From Octopus bimaculoides (Eukaryota): a DNA stretch of 64,000 bases. The translations under genes and the position numbers were made by a program. This document shows positions 62,260-64,000 of this stretch, in pieces (within the stretch, counting starts at the first letter, position 1; each line of letters starts with the position of its first letter). The stretch covers positions 20,144,486-20,208,485 of the forward strand of contig NC_068996.1 in assembly GCF_001194135.2 (NCBI RefSeq), given 5' to 3'. Below the pieces are notes generated by a model. That model worked only from the letters and a program-made list of their open reading frames with translations. It did not search any database and was not told where the DNA came from.

Positions 62260-62740
62260 GTTATTCTTGAGAGAGTTCAAGCCCGTCACTAACAACCCGA
62301 CAGGACTTTTTGAGTTAAAAGAGTTTCCGGTGTTTGTACATATGTGGTTGAGTTGGTATATTGATACCATCTCACAGCTCCACACAAATACAACACTGGA
62401 TTCAGAGAAAACATTCGGTCGTTCACAGGCAAGGATGTGTGACCCTCAAGAATCCCTGACCTCAAAACCCATTGGATTTTTCTGTTTGGTCCGTTTTGGA
62501 GACGAGATTCTCAAGCACTCCTCAAGCTTCGCTCTACACTGTGAAACGGCGCCAGTAATAGGCTACGTTTCCGCAATGACATCTGCCTGCCGCGTGTGAA
62601 GCGTTCGCACCTAGACTTAAGGCTGTGATTCGATACAGTGGTGGTCACATAGAATAAAAGTGGTAGTGTCATAATTGTGTTTCCTTTACCATTGCATTAC
62701 AATGCTCGAAATATAACAATATTTTACTTTGACAAATAGC
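62260..62740 (+). mobile_element. Tc1/mariner (maT-like) transposase C-terminal fragment
   Basis: NPLDFSVWSVLE...AACEAFAPRLKAVIRYSGGHIE*. Confidence 0.8.
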
Positions 62741-64000
62741 AAAAAGTTTATTTATATATATATATATATATNNNNNNNNNNNNNNNNNNNNNNNNNNNNN
62801 NNNNNNNNNNNNNNNNNNNNNNNNNNNNNNNNNNNNNNNNNNNNNNNNNNNNNNNNNNNNNNNNNNNNNNNNNNNNNNNNNNNNNNNNNNNNNNNNNNNN
62901 NNNNNNNNNNNNNNNNNNNNNNNNNNNNNNNNNNNNNNNNNNNNNNNNNNNNNNNNNNNNNNNNNNNNNNNNNNNNNNNNNNNNNNNNNNNNNNNNNNNN
63001 NNNNNNNNNNNNNNNNNNNNNNNNNNNNNNNNNNNNNNNNNNNNNNNNNNNNNNNNNNNNNNNNNNNNNNNNNNNNNNNNNNNNNNNNNNNNNNNNNNNN
63101 NNNNNNNNNNNNNNNNNNNNNNNNNNNNNNNNNNNNNNNNNNNNNNNNNNNNNNNNNNNNNNNNNNNNNNNNNNNNNNNNNNNNNNNNNNNNNNNNNNNN
63201 NNNNNNNNNNNNNNNNNNNNNNNNNNNNNNNNNNNNNNNNNNNNNNNNNNNNNNNNNNNNNNNNNNNNNNNNNNNNNNNNNNNNNNNNNNNNNNNNNNNN
63301 NNNNNNNNNNNNNNNNNNNNNNNNNNNNNNNNNNNNNNNNNNNNNNNNNNNNNNNNNNNNNNNNNNNNNNNNNNNNNNNNNNNNNNNNNNNNNNNNNNNN
63401 NNNNNNNNNNNNNNNNNNNNNNNNNNNNNNNNNNNNNNNNNNNNNNNNNNNNNNNNNNNNNNNNNNNNNNNNNNNNNNNNNNNNNNNNNNNNNNNNNNNN
63501 NNNNNNNNNNNNNNNNNNNNNNNNNNNNNNNNNNNNNNNNNNNNNNNNNNNNNNNNNNNNNNNNNNNNNNNNNNNNNNNNNNNNNNNNNNNNNNNNNNNN
63601 NNNNNNNNNNNNNNNNNNNNNNNNNNNNNNNNNNNNNNNNNNNNNNNNNNNNNNNNNNNNNNNNNNNNNNNNNNNNATATATATATATACATAATTATGA
63701 ATAGATATACATGCTTATGCATATGTAACATATTATATATATATATATATATATATACGCACATCTATATACGTGATTGCCAGTATATGTATATAATGCC
63801 CTCACACATCTATATCCATCTGTCTCTATCTATCTTTCTATTTATCTCTCTATCTGTCTCGTTGTGTGTGCATCTTTGATGTGTCTATGTGAATGGGTTT
63901 GTATCACTATGTACGTGTGACTGTTATGTATGGCTGTGTGTCTCCATATGTATCCTTCTTTGTGAAATGTGCGTGTATGTATATGGTCATGTGTTTCAGT

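Overview
Gappy, AT-rich animal nuclear DNA from a short-read-style assembly with many N gaps flanked by microsatellites. The SINE families resemble, from recall, those of octopod cephalopods. No intact host gene or intact transposon ORF can be supported, and most entries in the ORF track are microsatellite or N-gap artefacts. The window is a mosaic of decayed mobile elements. These include many R4/Dong-like restriction-endonuclease LINE pieces sitting in (TAA)n, (GAT)n or (TACA)n tracts (one nearly full length at 36054-39340), a near full-length CR1/L2-group LINE (3690-6948), Tx1/L1, RTE and CRE-like fragments, and Penelope-like pieces with degenerate minimal hammerhead motifs. There are also mariner and maT/Tc1 relics, MITEs, a Helitron 3' end and about 20 tRNA-derived SINE copies. 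Unexplained features include a nested palindrome (15301-16136), a candidate (TAA)n-flanked non-autonomous element, two strand-skewed AT-rich blocks resembling decayed mitochondrial DNA, and a candidate RFX X-box/CCAAT promoter near 27200. I found no convincing novel multi-gene system. Family assignments rest on recognised protein motifs, not database searches, and boundaries are approximate.
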